Assembly: GCA_918797485.1 (NCBI GenBank)
Contig: CAKKNE010000005.1
Coordinates: 1,984,001 to 2,048,000 of the forward strand
Source: Pelagomonas calceolata
Taxonomy: Eukaryota
DNA length: 64,000 bases
Reading direction: 5' to 3'
Part shown: piece after piece, positions 1 through 10,869 of the stretch
Position numbering within the stretch: position 1 is the stretch's first letter
Layout: every line of letters begins with the position of its first letter
Made by a program: the position numbers and the translations under genes
Notes under the pieces: generated by a model
What the model saw: only the letters and a program-made list of their open reading frames with translations
The model's database searches: none
Told to the model about the DNA's origin: nothing

Positions 1-238
1 CACTCCGCCAGTCGCGCGGCACTTGCGACGGCATCGTCGGCGCGAAGAAGTCGACGCCGTGTCTTTTGCCGATCCTCCGCACGACGCCGCCCAGCGTCGT
101 GCCCGCGACCTTCTTGCCCTTGACGAACAGCACGTCGCAGGGGAAGGTCCGCCCGAAGCCGGCGAGCCAGGGCCTGGCTTCCTTTTCTTGGGCCGCAGCG
201 ATGGCGCCGACCGCCGCGAGGATGATGCATGGCCGCAT
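1..238 (-). CDS. Sulfotransferase-like (Gal-3-O-sulfotransferase type) secretory protein; only the 5' part is in the window
   Basis: Not in the ORF track because it runs off the window edge. My translation from ATG 238: MRPCIILAAVGAIAAAQEKE...VLFVKGKKVAGTTLGGVVRRIG. It has a signal peptide plus an FxKxxKxxxTT 5'-PSB-like PAPS-binding motif. Confidence 0.6.
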   Translation of the reverse strand, partial: MRPCIILAAVGAIAAAQEKEARPWLAGFGRTFPCDVLFVKGKKVAGTTLGGVVRRIGKRHGVDFFAPTMPSQVPRDWRS

Positions 239-522
239 CGATGCGATGGCGGGTCGCTGCCGCGATGGGCAGCCACCGCGTCCAGGCTCGGTGATGCTCA
301 CCCAAAAAATTGGCTCTGCTGGTGTCTTACATCGCTAGCTCGCAACTTGCCAATTTGGGCCGCGTGCGTTGCGCACCAGTGACTAGCTGTAAAAGGGACG
401 CAGCATTCGGCACACGATCGTGCGAAGCTCCTCTGGTGCGCGCAATTCTTACACCAGCTCCGTGCGCCAAGCCAGAGGTCAGCTTTTGAGCTGCGCCGCT
501 GCCAGCGCGAATCGGCCCAGTA

Positions 523-1251
523 ATGACCGAAACCCGTGGCGCTGCTATGCGACAGGCAATGCCATCCCGCCTGCCGCCGCAGCTCATAATTGCTTGGCTA
601 CCGACCCGCGATGTTGCCTCCGCGCTGCGCGTGTCGAAGGATTGGCGCGGTTCCCCAGAACCGATCTTCAAAGCGATCGCGGGCCGCCATGGGCTCCGGC
701 TCGTGGACGCTTCGTGGAGAGAGACGGTGCGGCAGTATAGGTCCTCTTTGGGGGACTTTTCATTTGTACTTACCGGTCATCCCACCCCTCTGCGTTTACA
801 CACGGCGGCAAGGCGCGACGACGTCCCGGCCATCCAAAGACTTATTTCCGAAGGTGTAAATGTAAACCATGCGACTCCTGCCGGCCTGACGGCTCTCCAC
901 TACGCGGCATTGCGGGAAAATTTGAGTGCTCTAAACGCATTAATTGCCGCCGGCGCCGATCTGAACGCACACAACCGGATACTGCGAACGGCTGCTGGCG
1001 GGGGCACGCCGCTCCACGTCGCCGCGAATTCGACGAGGGCACGTCTATCCGCGCGATACTATTGTGCCGCGCGGCTGATCGAAGCCGGTGCCAACGCACG
1101 GCTTTTGAACGGAGACGAACAGGCGCCTTACCAGAGCCAGTTTCCAGCACACGTGCCCGGACCTCAGGAGCCCAGTTTCTTCGATTTTTCTGACGTGGGC
1201 CCCCATAGATTCCGCAAGCTCCTGGAAGACGCCTTCCATGCCCAGCGCTAA
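523..1251 (+). CDS. F-box-like plus ankyrin-repeat protein
   Basis: N-terminal LPPQLIIAWLPTRDVASALRVSKDWR is F-box-like. Ankyrin repeats: LHTAARRDD, GLTALHYAALREN, GGTPLHVAA. Confidence 0.75.
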   Translation: MTETRGAAMRQAMPSRLPPQLIIAWLPTRDVASALRVSKDWRGSPEPIFKAIAGRHGLRLVDASWRETVRQYRSSLGDFSFVLTGHPTPLRLHTAARRDDVPAIQRLISEGVNVNHATPAGLTALHYAALRENLSALNALIAAGADLNAHNRILRTAAGGGTPLHVAANSTRARLSARYYCAARLIEAGANARLLNGDEQAPYQSQFPAHVPGPQEPSFFDFSDVGPHRFRKLLEDAFHAQR

Positions 1252-1376
1252 TGCCAGTGATGTAATTATGATGTCAAGTTCACTAATGATTTCTATAATG
1301 ATTTACTAGCACAGGGCCGCGGTTTTTTTCTGGATTTACTAGCGCAAGAGACAGTAAGTCACAACAAGTCTCCTTA

Positions 1377-2138
1377 TCACAGCACGAGCTCCATGGGCGC
1401 CCGCGCGTTGACCCCCGGGAACTCGGCGGCCGTGTCGCTCGGCCGCCGCGCGCAATCGACGAAGCCGAAGCGCGCGTACCAGTCCCGCTTGACCGGCGGG
1501 CACTCTAGATACAATCGCTCCAGGCTCGACGAGCGCGCCTCAGCTAAAATCTCCCGCAGGATCGCCGAGCCGACGCCTCTCCCCTGAAACGCGGGCGAGA
1601 CGGTCATCTGGCGGACCTCGCCCGTGGCGCGCGTCAGCATGCCGCAGCCCGCGACTTCATCGTCGATCGACGCGATATAGATAAGGCGCGTCGCGAGGTG
1701 CTTCTCCAAATCGCAGAAGCGCCCCAAAATAATCTCTAGCTCCTCCGCTGCATAATGCCGCGACAGCTCGTTCTTCTCGTTAGATTCGCGTACCGTTGTC
1801 GTGATCACCTCCTTGATCGATGCGACCAGTGCAGTATCATCTAAACTCTCCAGGACGCGCACCTCTATCTGATGTGGCTCCCGCTTGATGGGCTCCTCGT
1901 CAATGTTATACACGTTGATCTTCACGGTGCCGCTCAGGTAAAAAATTAGAGCCGCGACGCCGACGGACCAGACGACGTACTCCGTCCAGTCGCTCGCGCT
2001 GCCCTCGAAGCCCTCGCCGATGGCGTACGCGTTCAGCGCGCCTTCATTTATGTGTTTCTGCGCCACGGCGTCGGCCGGCGGGCGGCGCGCCGTCACAGCA
2101 TGAAGGCAGCAACCGGTGAGGAGCAGGCGGAGGCGCAT
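1377..2138 (-). CDS. GNAT-family acetyltransferase with signal peptide and one TM helix
   Basis: Likely start MRLRLLLTGCC (ATG 2138). TM segment YVVWSVGVAALIFYL. GNAT motif A VSPAFQGRGVGSAIL and WYARFGF. Confidence 0.75.
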   Translation of the reverse strand: MRLRLLLTGCCLHAVTARRPPADAVAQKHINEGALNAYAIGEGFEGSASDWTEYVVWSVGVAALIFYLSGTVKINVYNIDEEPIKREPHQIEVRVLESLDDTALVASIKEVITTTVRESNEKNELSRHYAAEELEIILGRFCDLEKHLATRLIYIASIDDEVAGCGMLTRATGEVRQMTVSPAFQGRGVGSAILREILAEARSSSLERLYLECPPVKRDWYARFGFVDCARRPSDTAAEFPGVNARAPMELVL

Positions 2139-2343
2139 CGCTCTCGCACGCGTCCCGAGAGCTTCTGAGCGATTGTACTGATGCCTATGGTGGCCCAATA
2201 GCGCTCGTGGAGCACCAATGCGCCACAGGAGCGGGCTAGCGTCGAGAGACACACTAGGATGAACTGACAAGCTTTGCTTTTCGACGTGCCCACGGGTGGG
2301 CAATGCACGATGCAGCATAACTAACAAACGACATTCATCCATC

Positions 2344-5300
2344 ATGCGCCTCGCGAACGGTGGGCTGGAGCTGGAAGGCCTAGCCCTGCCATTAAAGGGA
2401 GGCAGCCTGAGGATAGAAACGCTGCGAGTCGGCTTGCTAAGCGTGCACGTCCGGGGCGTGCGCCTGAAAACAGCGCTCCCGAACGCGACGAAAAGCAATG
2501 GCCTCGCGAAACCGTTGCGACGGCTCGCCGCGCGATTGGTACAGGTGTCCGTCGAGGGCCCAATCGAGGTGACCATCACCGCAAAAGACGGCGAGATCAC
2601 AGCGAAAGCAATCAATTGTCGGATAGAACACCAGACCCTGCGCGCGCCCGCCGTCTCCATTAGTTTCGAGGGCGCCGAGGCGTCGCTGAGGGAGCTCACC
2701 GTCTCGGCGGACGGCGCGAGCGCCTCCGAGCTGACGGCGACGGCGTCCGCGGCAGGTGTCGAGCGCGCCAAGGCGCTCGTCTCCACCAGAGCCGCGCCGC
2801 CGGGACAACAACTGCCCTGGGCCTCGCTCGCGCTCGTGGCTGCTCTATTAGCGTGGCGGCCTTTGATGGGTGTGGTGGTCGCGGCGCTCTGGGCGCTTTC
2901 AGTATATATGGAGGAACAACCCTCGTCAAAAAAGCCGTATGAATTAGGCGCCGCGCGCGTCGCTGTCACTCTGGGTCATCTATCAGCGACGGCCACGAAG
3001 CTGCGCGTGTCCGGTCACAAAGTGCGGGCCGACGCCGCGACGGTTATGCTACAATCGGATGGCGACGAGGTCCTTTGCGTGCGGGCGATGGACGTCCGAG
3101 CCGAGGGTTTGAGTATTGAGTGCGAGGCGCTGAACGCGACCCTGGACCCGCGCGCATTTCCGAGAGACGACGCCCAACGACAGGGCGCTTGGAGGGTTGA
3201 GCTCGCTGTAAAGAAGAGTGTGGAGACGGTCTTTGTCAAGGCCGATTGCAGTGGCACCGTCGTGCGCCGCGCATTGTTAACAGCAGCAACCAGCTCGGCG
3301 CTCGTCGAACCGGGTTCGATACAATTGAATCTGGCCGCGCTGTGTGTGAATGACGGCGACGGCCGCAACCAGGTACGGGGAAGTTCAATAGCGTTCCGAC
3401 GACGAAAGGCTGAGATAGCAGTGCAACTAAACGGCGGAAACGTCGCCTACGAGCACCGCTTTGTCGCCGACGTGCTGCGGTGGTTCCACGCGGCCCGCAC
3501 TGTGTCCAATGACCCCGCGCCTTCGTTAAAAGTGGACTGTAGCGACGTCGATTTAGTGGTACCGGAGTCGATGGAACGGCGGGGCGCGGCCACCTTCTCA
3601 ATACAAACTCTAAAGGCGCGGCGCGGCGACAAAGATATTCACGTAGAGGCGGACTGTCGCTTGAAATGTCTAGACGACGAGTGCGCTCATTTACCTGATC
3701 TAAACGTGCGAATTGTGAAAAATCGCGTCGACGTGGCGCTGGCGCGGGACGCTCTAGCTCTGCGACTGACGCGCGCGCAGTACGCTTGCTTAGTAGGCTT
3801 GTTTTTTGGGAACGTGGGGGACGACCACGGCGACGGCGCGTCCGAAAAATGGTGGCCCGAGACGGATTCTACAGAAACACAGTTTCCGCAGGATTGGTAC
3901 GAAAGCGGCACGGCGCCCCACGCCCTCGCGAAGACGCTGGGCTTCGCCTGGCGCGTCCGCGTCGCCTGCCCCAATTTGTCAATTGCATTGGTGGATTGTG
4001 GCTGCGCCCTGGAAACGGTTAAGCTACGACTAGACGTGGACCGCGTCGCAAAAGGCGGCGGCTGCGCCTCGGCCTTAGTTCTTGAGACGTTACGCGTCAT
4101 AAACAACGACGACGTGTGGCTCGCCGTTCAGAAGCGAGGAAACGCAGCGTTGAGATACGAGCACCGCACGAACGTCAAATTCACCTGGGCGGGCGTCTTC
4201 CTTGGGAGGCTGGATTTGCGAGCCGTGCCGTCGGACATCTCGTCGTTGTGTGCTTTCTTATGGGGGGGCTTCAAGCGAGCTTCTAGATTAGCTCCCATCA
4301 AAAGGCCGGACGCCGTGAGTCCTCGACGCGAGGCGCATGCCGCTTCATTGGTCGTGGATGTTGTGAATGCGTCCTATACCATCGGCGAGCTCGTTTGTGC
4401 ACTTGACAGAGTCAAGTTTGTGAGAGATGCGTCGTTAACAAGTGGCGAGGCGTCCCTCGAAGGGAGGATCGATTCCATAATAGCGGACGACCGGACCCTC
4501 TCCAAGTCATTTGATGTAGGGTGGAAACGCAAGGCCACGTACGAGGGCGACGTGTGTCAAGCGGAGGCGTCGCTCAAAGTAGATCATATCGATATGTATG
4601 GAGACCGCCACGACCTGAGACGGTGTAGAGATGTCGTAGCGTTACTCAAGCGGCCCCGTCCACCAATTAAGGGAGACGCTCACGCCTGGGCTTTACTGGT
4701 GAATGAAGCGGACGCACCTAATTTGCCGGGACGAACGACCTTCACGGGTGAAGGCTCTATGATCCTCCACGCGTTGCGAGCGGGTGGTAGACGACGCGTG
4801 GCGCGCGGTTTATTGAATTGGAAAGCTCAGGGCGCGGCCGAGACGGATCGCGTCGCGTGTAATGTGGATGTCAAAGTCGAGGCCTCCGCGCGGCCCGAGA
4901 AGAGCTGGGCGCCGGTGCTGGATCGCCACGGTCTTGTTATAGCATTGGAGAGTAGGCACGGCGGCCGCGCGCGGTCTTGTAGAATAGTATCAGCGGAGCC
5001 TTTACATATGTCCTTGGACGTGAAACTCGTCGAGGCCCTGCGGGAGAATGATGATAGACCGGAACGGTGCTGCTCCATTGTGTGTCGGCACCGCATCAAT
5101 TCCAGTAGTTCATTGGACGCGTTCTTGCGGCTGAGTGGCTCTTCTGAGGACTTCGGTGGTACAATACATGTCGAGGCCGACCAGTCGCAAGCCATAGCCC
5201 ATGGCGAGGACTCGGGTGACGAGGATGAGGATGATGATACGCCTTCCATAGTAGTGGACGCGCTCTCAGTAGAAACGGAACATGGTAAGTGGGTCCTGTG

Positions 5301-8300
5301 CGCGGATGATTATGGAGGGGCCGCGCCCGTACTCCTCGAAGGGTCCACGCCACTTCGATTGAGACGTAATGAAGAGGTCGCTTTGTGTTCTGCGACGTGC
5401 GAACGCGTGGGCCCACGGCTCATCTTAACTCTAGCGTCGCGCTTCGCCATCACTAATAGGGGAGACGAAGCACTTGACATACGATGCGGTGGCTTCGAGG
5501 CCACGGTCGGACCTGATAGTACAATACAGCTCCCTTTGATCCCTGAGACAGCAAATCTAGAGGCGCGCCTCACAAAAGATTGGATCGCCTGCGGCCGCGT
5601 CGGTGCATCTAACACTCTTAAAAGATTAGAAGGCGGGTTATGTCGCGGCGGCGCCGACCAACATATCATTCTAAGACCGGCGCTGACCCTTAAAAATGCT
5701 TTACCGTGTGCTATGGCGTGGGAGGCAGCAGTTAACGGTGTCCGCCGGGGGTGTTTACACTCAGCAGAACAGGTATCACTCTACACAACCGCGGAGAAAG
5801 CCACTCTCAGATTGCGGGTGGCCAACTACCAGTGGTCGCGCGGCGTCGCCTTCGACACGAACGCGCTCATCGAGGCCTCCTCCTCTTCTGAGGGAGTCGT
5901 GTCGCGCACCGATCTGATTCTGGACGCCCTCGATGCTAGGGTAGAGAGCGATGATGGCGAGCGCTGGGTCCGCGTCGCGCCGTCGCTACGAGTTACTGTT
6001 TCTGTGGATGCGGCTGGGCTCGTCACATTGCAATGTAGATACGCTCTGGAGAATTTGCTCGAGGCGCCGTGTAGCTACGCGCCCGCCGAGATCCCCGACG
6101 AAAATCAAAGAGTGCTCGCGGTGCAGCAATTAGGCGTGGCGACGGGCTTATCGCGACGGCCGTCTCTTAGTAGGAGGTCGTCCGGGCGGCGCCGCATGCT
6201 GAGCAGCGTGCGCAGCGTCTCGAAAATCGAGGACAAGGAGCCGGACACGCCCCGCATCGAGGTAACTTTGAGGAGAGCGGCGCACCACGAACGATTTATA
6301 CATATACAAGCGAAGACGGCGCGCGAGGCCGTCCGCAAGGTCATACCTGATTATAGCGACGAGTACGACGTGGTCGGCGAGGACACGCATCCCATGGATC
6401 TGGACGCGCCCCTCCTCGAACCTCGTACTTTATACTTGAGACATCGATTGGAGAGGGCCCTCGCGCAGCAGGATGCTTTGGATCTAGACCAGCTCTACCC
6501 GAGCGAGGCGGCGGCGGCGGCGGCCGTGGCCGTGCCCTGGAGTGGTGCGATGCCCTGGGACCCCGTCGCGGGCGGGCCTCGAAGGCACGGGCCCCAGTTA
6601 GCAGTGAGAGCGGTTCTCGTGCACGGCCCGGCGCCTTCTAGAGGTGAAGCTACTGCGAGGATTCGCGTCGACGGGTGCTCGGAATGGTCCGCTCCACTCG
6701 TACTACCTACAAGGTACGATAACAAGTTGGAGGGCACGGCATTAAGGTACGACGACGACGATGCGGAGGCGGCCGACGGCGCTTCTACTCGTTTACAGTT
6801 ACGGGCGCCGGAGCGTTCCCAGAGGAGACCGGTCTATGATTTGAGTTTACGAGTAGAAGCTTGTAGCGACTACGTTGGCGTGGTGTTAACACCGAAGCTG
6901 TCGTTCCGCAACCATACGGACGGCGTGTTAGAGGTAAGGCAGGCGGGCGTTGATGTGGATAGACCCTTGCTGGAGTTGCAACCGACGGAAACGGGCCAGG
7001 TGATCGCGTGGAGCGACGAGCAGGGCCCTCGATTGGTACAATTACGTCTACGGAATAGTGAGGATGCTATACTGAAGAGCGGTGCTCTGAGAGCTGATTG
7101 TTTGGTGGGCCGGGGCGAGACGGTCTTTGCCGCGTTCAATAATGACCATGAAGTCCACCTGCGGTTACGACGAGAAGCGAGGTCATTTACCGATGACGAC
7201 GGCAATGAACTCTCTGATACAAGTATAGAAACTTTATGTATCGTGGAAGAGAGTGATGCAAGGTGGCCGCCCTACCGGTTGGTGAACAAGACCGACATTA
7301 AGCTGAGGTACCGCCAACGATTGGCCAAGCAGAACTTCCCGAAAGAGGTTGCGGACTTTGACGGTGAACTTTCAACAGTAAAAGACACTACATTTACGTT
7401 AGCTTCCCTGAATCATGCCTCCAAACCGAGAGGACCGCGTCCACTCATCGTGCAGCCGCGCAACGACCAGAAGAAGCAGGGCTTGAAGGTGACAGGTAAC
7501 GACGACGAGGCCCCCGACGACGAGATCGGAAACGCGCAGAAATTCGTCAAGCAGTCGTCCATGAGTACGGAGCTGGAGCGGGCCGCGTCCAGTATGTCTT
7601 CCGCCGTGTTTGGGAGTACGTCGAAGCCTCCTACGTCGGCTTCTGATGCCTTGGAACGAGGTGTTAAGTACTTGGGCAAAAAAGCGCGATCCGGTGCGCG
7701 GAAAGTCGGTCTATTGGAAGCGAAACGCGCGGAACAGCGCATCGGGCCCTGGCGGCAGCTGGAACCTGGTGACAGTGCATCGTACGCGTGGGAGCGGCCC
7801 TTGGATGCCGTCGGGTCGTCTACTCGGAGTCAGCGACGAGTGTTAATTGTGGAAGGCTACACCGATAAGGGCTGGACGCAGAGGGTGCAGGTGGCTTTAG
7901 ATGAAGCACAAGGAGAGCTCAAAGGCGACCTACCTTGTGTCGTGAAGGCGGACGGTCCCACTCGAGTGCTAGAGTTCGGTACTAAAGCAACGGATATAAT
8001 CAGACCCGACCTCTCGGCGACGGAGGACGGCGGCGACCGGTTAGTCGCGCACGCGGCGGAGCTCGGGGCGTCTATTTTGATCAGAGGCCTCGACGATAAA
8101 CCGAGGGAACTCGTGAAAATAACGCTCTGCGACGCGCGGGCCGCCTGGACCTGCCTCGAGCAGGGCGGCGTCAACGCCGAGTTCTCGATCCACCACGTGC
8201 AGGTGGACAACTTGCTGAGCCCGAGACCGCTGTACGCGGCGGCTCTAAGGCCGCGATTAGGCGAGGACGACTCGCCTTGTCTAGCCGCATCTGTCAGAAG

Positions 8301-10632
8301 AAGGACCGACACGGATCTCACTACCATACAACACGCCGTCACGTATCTGGATCGCTTTGTGGTGCGTGCTAGGCCTCTCGATGTCCACTTGGACCATGAA
8401 GTAGCGGCTCTCTTAGTAGCTTTATATGCGGACTGTTCGCGGAGCACGGACGACGATATTGAACTCCAATCCACACTTGTGAAAACAACTACTACACAAC
8501 GGCGCAGACGCGAGGTTTCGCGGTTGGTACAACAGCGAAAACGGCCGGCCGTGTTTTGTGCTCAAGTGAGATTGCACCCCGTCGACGCCCGCGTCACGCT
8601 GAAAGGTGGCCTGACACCTTTAACGAGGAAAGAAGTAGCAAGAGCTTGCGGGAACACTTCAGTAGATGCCGTATCAGCGGCCGTCGGCCAGCTCGACACC
8701 GCGCAATTGAAAGTCGACGCTCTGTACCTCGACGATGCATTAGCGCGGACGGCGGAAGGATTGGGTAGGCGGGTCGCGAGGCACTACCTCCAAACGTTAC
8801 TCAAGCAGGCGCATCGGGTTTGTGGAAGTCTCGATATTGTACGAGCGCCGATGTCCGCGGCGTCGTCGCTAGGCGGCGGCGTCATGGATTTAGTATATCA
8901 ACCAGTACAAGGAGCGTCGACGGGCGGCGCCTCGGGTCTGGCTTCCGGTGTTGCGCGCGGAAGTGCTTCGGCCGTCGGCGGCGCGTTCGACGCCGCGACC
9001 GGAGTTGTGTCGTCGGTCACGGCCTCTACCGGTTCCGCGTTGGCTGCCCTGACGATGGACTCGTCCTACCAGACGAGCAGAGCGACAAGACGAGCCCAGG
9101 AGGCGAACAAGGCCCGCGGAGCTTCAGGAAGCTCCACTACCTTAGCCGATAGCGTCCAAAAACATTCCAAGGTCGCCGCGGAGGTTGTTAGGGGTGCCCA
9201 GGACTTAGGTGGAGGCATCTTCGAGGGCGTGACGGGTATTGTGGTGGAGCCGTACAAATCGATCTCGCGCGGAGATGACGCTATTGATGTTGCCAAAGCC
9301 ACCGCGCGCGGATTAGTAGGAGTAGCGATAAAACCAGCCGTCGGTGTGGTGGATATGACGACGCGAGCGGTCGAGGGCGTCCGGACCGCCGGGAAATACG
9401 CGAACGACTCCTTCCAATCGGCGGTGTCCGCGTCGTTAGCGGCGAAGAAGTTGAAAAGGAGATCATCTCTATCGGAGGCGCCGTGGCGTAGAAAAGCTCG
9501 TCTAGATCCGCACTGCCCCTGGTCTCGGTTGTCGCATTCGCGCATGGTTTTGAGTGGTAGTTCGTTCCGCATGCTCGATAGCGAAGCGGCCGAGGCCCAG
9601 CAGTGTTTGCGGCTGACGTCGGATAGCGACGAGCGCCACGCTTTAGCACTGAAATACGGCGCGGCGTTGGACAACTTTGGGGACGTCCGCTGGTTCGGGC
9701 AACGGACGCATAGCATCGAGTACTGTTCCGATGACGACGGTGATGAGGACACTTCTGGCAACCAACGAAGGAAGGCCCGCACGCGTGTCACCCGAAGGTG
9801 GGTCCTCGCGTCCTCTACCAGTTTACAGTACGTCCAGGACCTTGCAGCTGATGATGATCGTAGATGTAGAATCGTCTGGGAGGCGCCTTTGTCAGATATT
9901 GTTGGTGTCGAAAGTGGATCGGACGACGACGACGATGTGAGAGTCGTGTTCGGTGTGCCCGTCGACGAAACACCCAGGAAATGGTGCAAGCGCCACATCC
10001 CCGACCAGAAGAGCAGGGTGTCATGTGTGGTGGGTCTGGAGGTGGCCTGCTTACTGAGAGATGGGTCTGCTTCTCTACCGAGAAGGGCCGCTCCCAACAA
10101 AGCTTTGGTTTCTGACGGCGCGACCTATATCTCAAATCCGCAGAAAGGTGCAAAAAGATCCAAGAGGAGATTAGTATTGAGGGGCGGCTGCCTCTACGCG
10201 TATCGAGACGTCAATAAGAGTCTCGCCGGCAGGGACACTCCAGAGCTGTCGCGAGCTTTGATCTTGCGGGACACCTTCGTCGAGCCCGTCTCCCGGCGCG
10301 CAAATCCGCCCGCTGCGCTACGCCCGGACGAGCGCGACCGCGCGTTACTCTTATTACCGACGGAGGCGCCGAAACTCAGAGCCGTGCGCGTGCGCGCGGC
10401 GTCGGGCGCGTACCTCACGAACGTTTTGGATGACGAGAAACTCGAGCAGGTCTGCCTGCTGTTTGAAAGTGGATCGGACGCGTCCATGTGGCTTGAGGCG
10501 CTGCGCGGCGCCGCGGCGCCTTCACCACTATCGCCGCCGCCGGGCGACGCCGTCGCGCTTTCGTTGGACTGCGCGGGCGTGCCGCGCGACGCGCGGCGGC
10601 TCCTCGCGGCGCGGCTCCGGCGCGGGCTCTAG
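2344..10632 (+). CDS. VPS13: VPS13-like bulk lipid transfer protein (VAB/SHR-BD region, VPS13_C/ATG2_C-like helices, C-terminal PH-like domain)
   Basis: About 2760 aa uninterrupted. Motifs PPYRLVNKT, VKADGPTRVL, IHHVQVDNLL, RHYLQTLLKQAHRVCGSLD, GLVGVAIKPAVGVVD. PH-like RRLVLRGGCLYAY...WLEALR. Confidence 0.8.
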   Translation: MRLANGGLELEGLALPLKGGSLRIETLRVGLLSVHVRGVRLKTALPNATKSNGLAKPLRRLAARLVQVSVEGPIEVTITAKDGEITAKAINCRIEHQTLRAPAVSISFEGAEASLRELTVSADGASASELTATASAAGVERAKALVSTRAAPPGQQLPWASLALVAALLAWRPLMGVVVAALWALSVYMEEQPSSKKPYELGAARVAVTLGHLSATATKLRVSGHKVRADAATVMLQSDGDEVLCVRAMDVRAEGLSIECEALNATLDPRAFPRDDAQRQGAWRVELAVKKSVETVFVKADCSGTVVRRALLTAATSSALVEPGSIQLNLAALCVNDGDGRNQVRGSSIAFRRRKAEIAVQLNGGNVAYEHRFVADVLRWFHAARTVSNDPAPSLKVDCSDVDLVVPESMERRGAATFSIQTLKARRGDKDIHVEADCRLKCLDDECAHLPDLNVRIVKNRVDVALARDALALRLTRAQYACLVGLFFGNVGDDHGDGASEKWWPETDSTETQFPQDWYESGTAPHALAKTLGFAWRVRVACPNLSIALVDCGCALETVKLRLDVDRVAKGGGCASALVLETLRVINNDDVWLAVQKRGNAALRYEHRTNVKFTWAGVFLGRLDLRAVPSDISSLCAFLWGGFKRASRLAPIKRPDAVSPRREAHAASLVVDVVNASYTIGELVCALDRVKFVRDASLTSGEASLEGRIDSIIADDRTLSKSFDVGWKRKATYEGDVCQAEASLKVDHIDMYGDRHDLRRCRDVVALLKRPRPPIKGDAHAWALLVNEADAPNLPGRTTFTGEGSMILHALRAGGRRRVARGLLNWKAQGAAETDRVACNVDVKVEASARPEKSWAPVLDRHGLVIALESRHGGRARSCRIVSAEPLHMSLDVKLVEALRENDDRPERCCSIVCRHRINSSSSLDAFLRLSGSSEDFGGTIHVEADQSQAIAHGEDSGDEDEDDDTPSIVVDALSVETEHGKWVLCADDYGGAAPVLLEGSTPLRLRRNEEVALCSATCERVGPRLILTLASRFAITNRGDEALDIRCGGFEATVGPDSTIQLPLIPETANLEARLTKDWIACGRVGASNTLKRLEGGLCRGGADQHIILRPALTLKNALPCAMAWEAAVNGVRRGCLHSAEQVSLYTTAEKATLRLRVANYQWSRGVAFDTNALIEASSSSEGVVSRTDLILDALDARVESDDGERWVRVAPSLRVTVSVDAAGLVTLQCRYALENLLEAPCSYAPAEIPDENQRVLAVQQLGVATGLSRRPSLSRRSSGRRRMLSSVRSVSKIEDKEPDTPRIEVTLRRAAHHERFIHIQAKTAREAVRKVIPDYSDEYDVVGEDTHPMDLDAPLLEPRTLYLRHRLERALAQQDALDLDQLYPSEAAAAAAVAVPWSGAMPWDPVAGGPRRHGPQLAVRAVLVHGPAPSRGEATARIRVDGCSEWSAPLVLPTRYDNKLEGTALRYDDDDAEAADGASTRLQLRAPERSQRRPVYDLSLRVEACSDYVGVVLTPKLSFRNHTDGVLEVRQAGVDVDRPLLELQPTETGQVIAWSDEQGPRLVQLRLRNSEDAILKSGALRADCLVGRGETVFAAFNNDHEVHLRLRREARSFTDDDGNELSDTSIETLCIVEESDARWPPYRLVNKTDIKLRYRQRLAKQNFPKEVADFDGELSTVKDTTFTLASLNHASKPRGPRPLIVQPRNDQKKQGLKVTGNDDEAPDDEIGNAQKFVKQSSMSTELERAASSMSSAVFGSTSKPPTSASDALERGVKYLGKKARSGARKVGLLEAKRAEQRIGPWRQLEPGDSASYAWERPLDAVGSSTRSQRRVLIVEGYTDKGWTQRVQVALDEAQGELKGDLPCVVKADGPTRVLEFGTKATDIIRPDLSATEDGGDRLVAHAAELGASILIRGLDDKPRELVKITLCDARAAWTCLEQGGVNAEFSIHHVQVDNLLSPRPLYAAALRPRLGEDDSPCLAASVRRRTDTDLTTIQHAVTYLDRFVVRARPLDVHLDHEVAALLVALYADCSRSTDDDIELQSTLVKTTTTQRRRREVSRLVQQRKRPAVFCAQVRLHPVDARVTLKGGLTPLTRKEVARACGNTSVDAVSAAVGQLDTAQLKVDALYLDDALARTAEGLGRRVARHYLQTLLKQAHRVCGSLDIVRAPMSAASSLGGGVMDLVYQPVQGASTGGASGLASGVARGSASAVGGAFDAATGVVSSVTASTGSALAALTMDSSYQTSRATRRAQEANKARGASGSSTTLADSVQKHSKVAAEVVRGAQDLGGGIFEGVTGIVVEPYKSISRGDDAIDVAKATARGLVGVAIKPAVGVVDMTTRAVEGVRTAGKYANDSFQSAVSASLAAKKLKRRSSLSEAPWRRKARLDPHCPWSRLSHSRMVLSGSSFRMLDSEAAEAQQCLRLTSDSDERHALALKYGAALDNFGDVRWFGQRTHSIEYCSDDDGDEDTSGNQRRKARTRVTRRWVLASSTSLQYVQDLAADDDRRCRIVWEAPLSDIVGVESGSDDDDDVRVVFGVPVDETPRKWCKRHIPDQKSRVSCVVGLEVACLLRDGSASLPRRAAPNKALVSDGATYISNPQKGAKRSKRRLVLRGGCLYAYRDVNKSLAGRDTPELSRALILRDTFVEPVSRRANPPAALRPDERDRALLLLPTEAPKLRAVRVRAASGAYLTNVLDDEKLEQVCLLFESGSDASMWLEALRGAAAPSPLSPPPGDAVALSLDCAGVPRDARRLLAARLRRGL

Positions 10633-10657
10633 CTAGTGTTTTTGTGGTCTTCTTCGT

Positions 10658-10866
10658 TTAAGCTTTCTCTGTGTTTACTACTCCTACCCTCTGGACGCGC
10701 CGCGGTGTTAAGTGTTCCTCGAGGAGCGCCGCGATGAGCTTCTTGACCGTGTGATTCGTCACGAGAGACGTGCTCTCGAGCAGCTCGTTCGTCGCGGGCG
10801 AGGTCCCGCGGCCCGTCGCGAGCCACTGTTCGATCGCCACACGCTCATAGGTATGATCGCGATGAA
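10658..10866 (-). pseudogene. U-box domain fragment (C-terminal two thirds)
   Basis: DHTYERVAIEQWLATGRGTSPATNELLESTSLVTNHTVKKLI matches the U-box consensus. The CPI...DPV start of the domain is absent and there is no in-frame ATG. Confidence 0.6.
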
Positions 10867-10869
10867 AAC

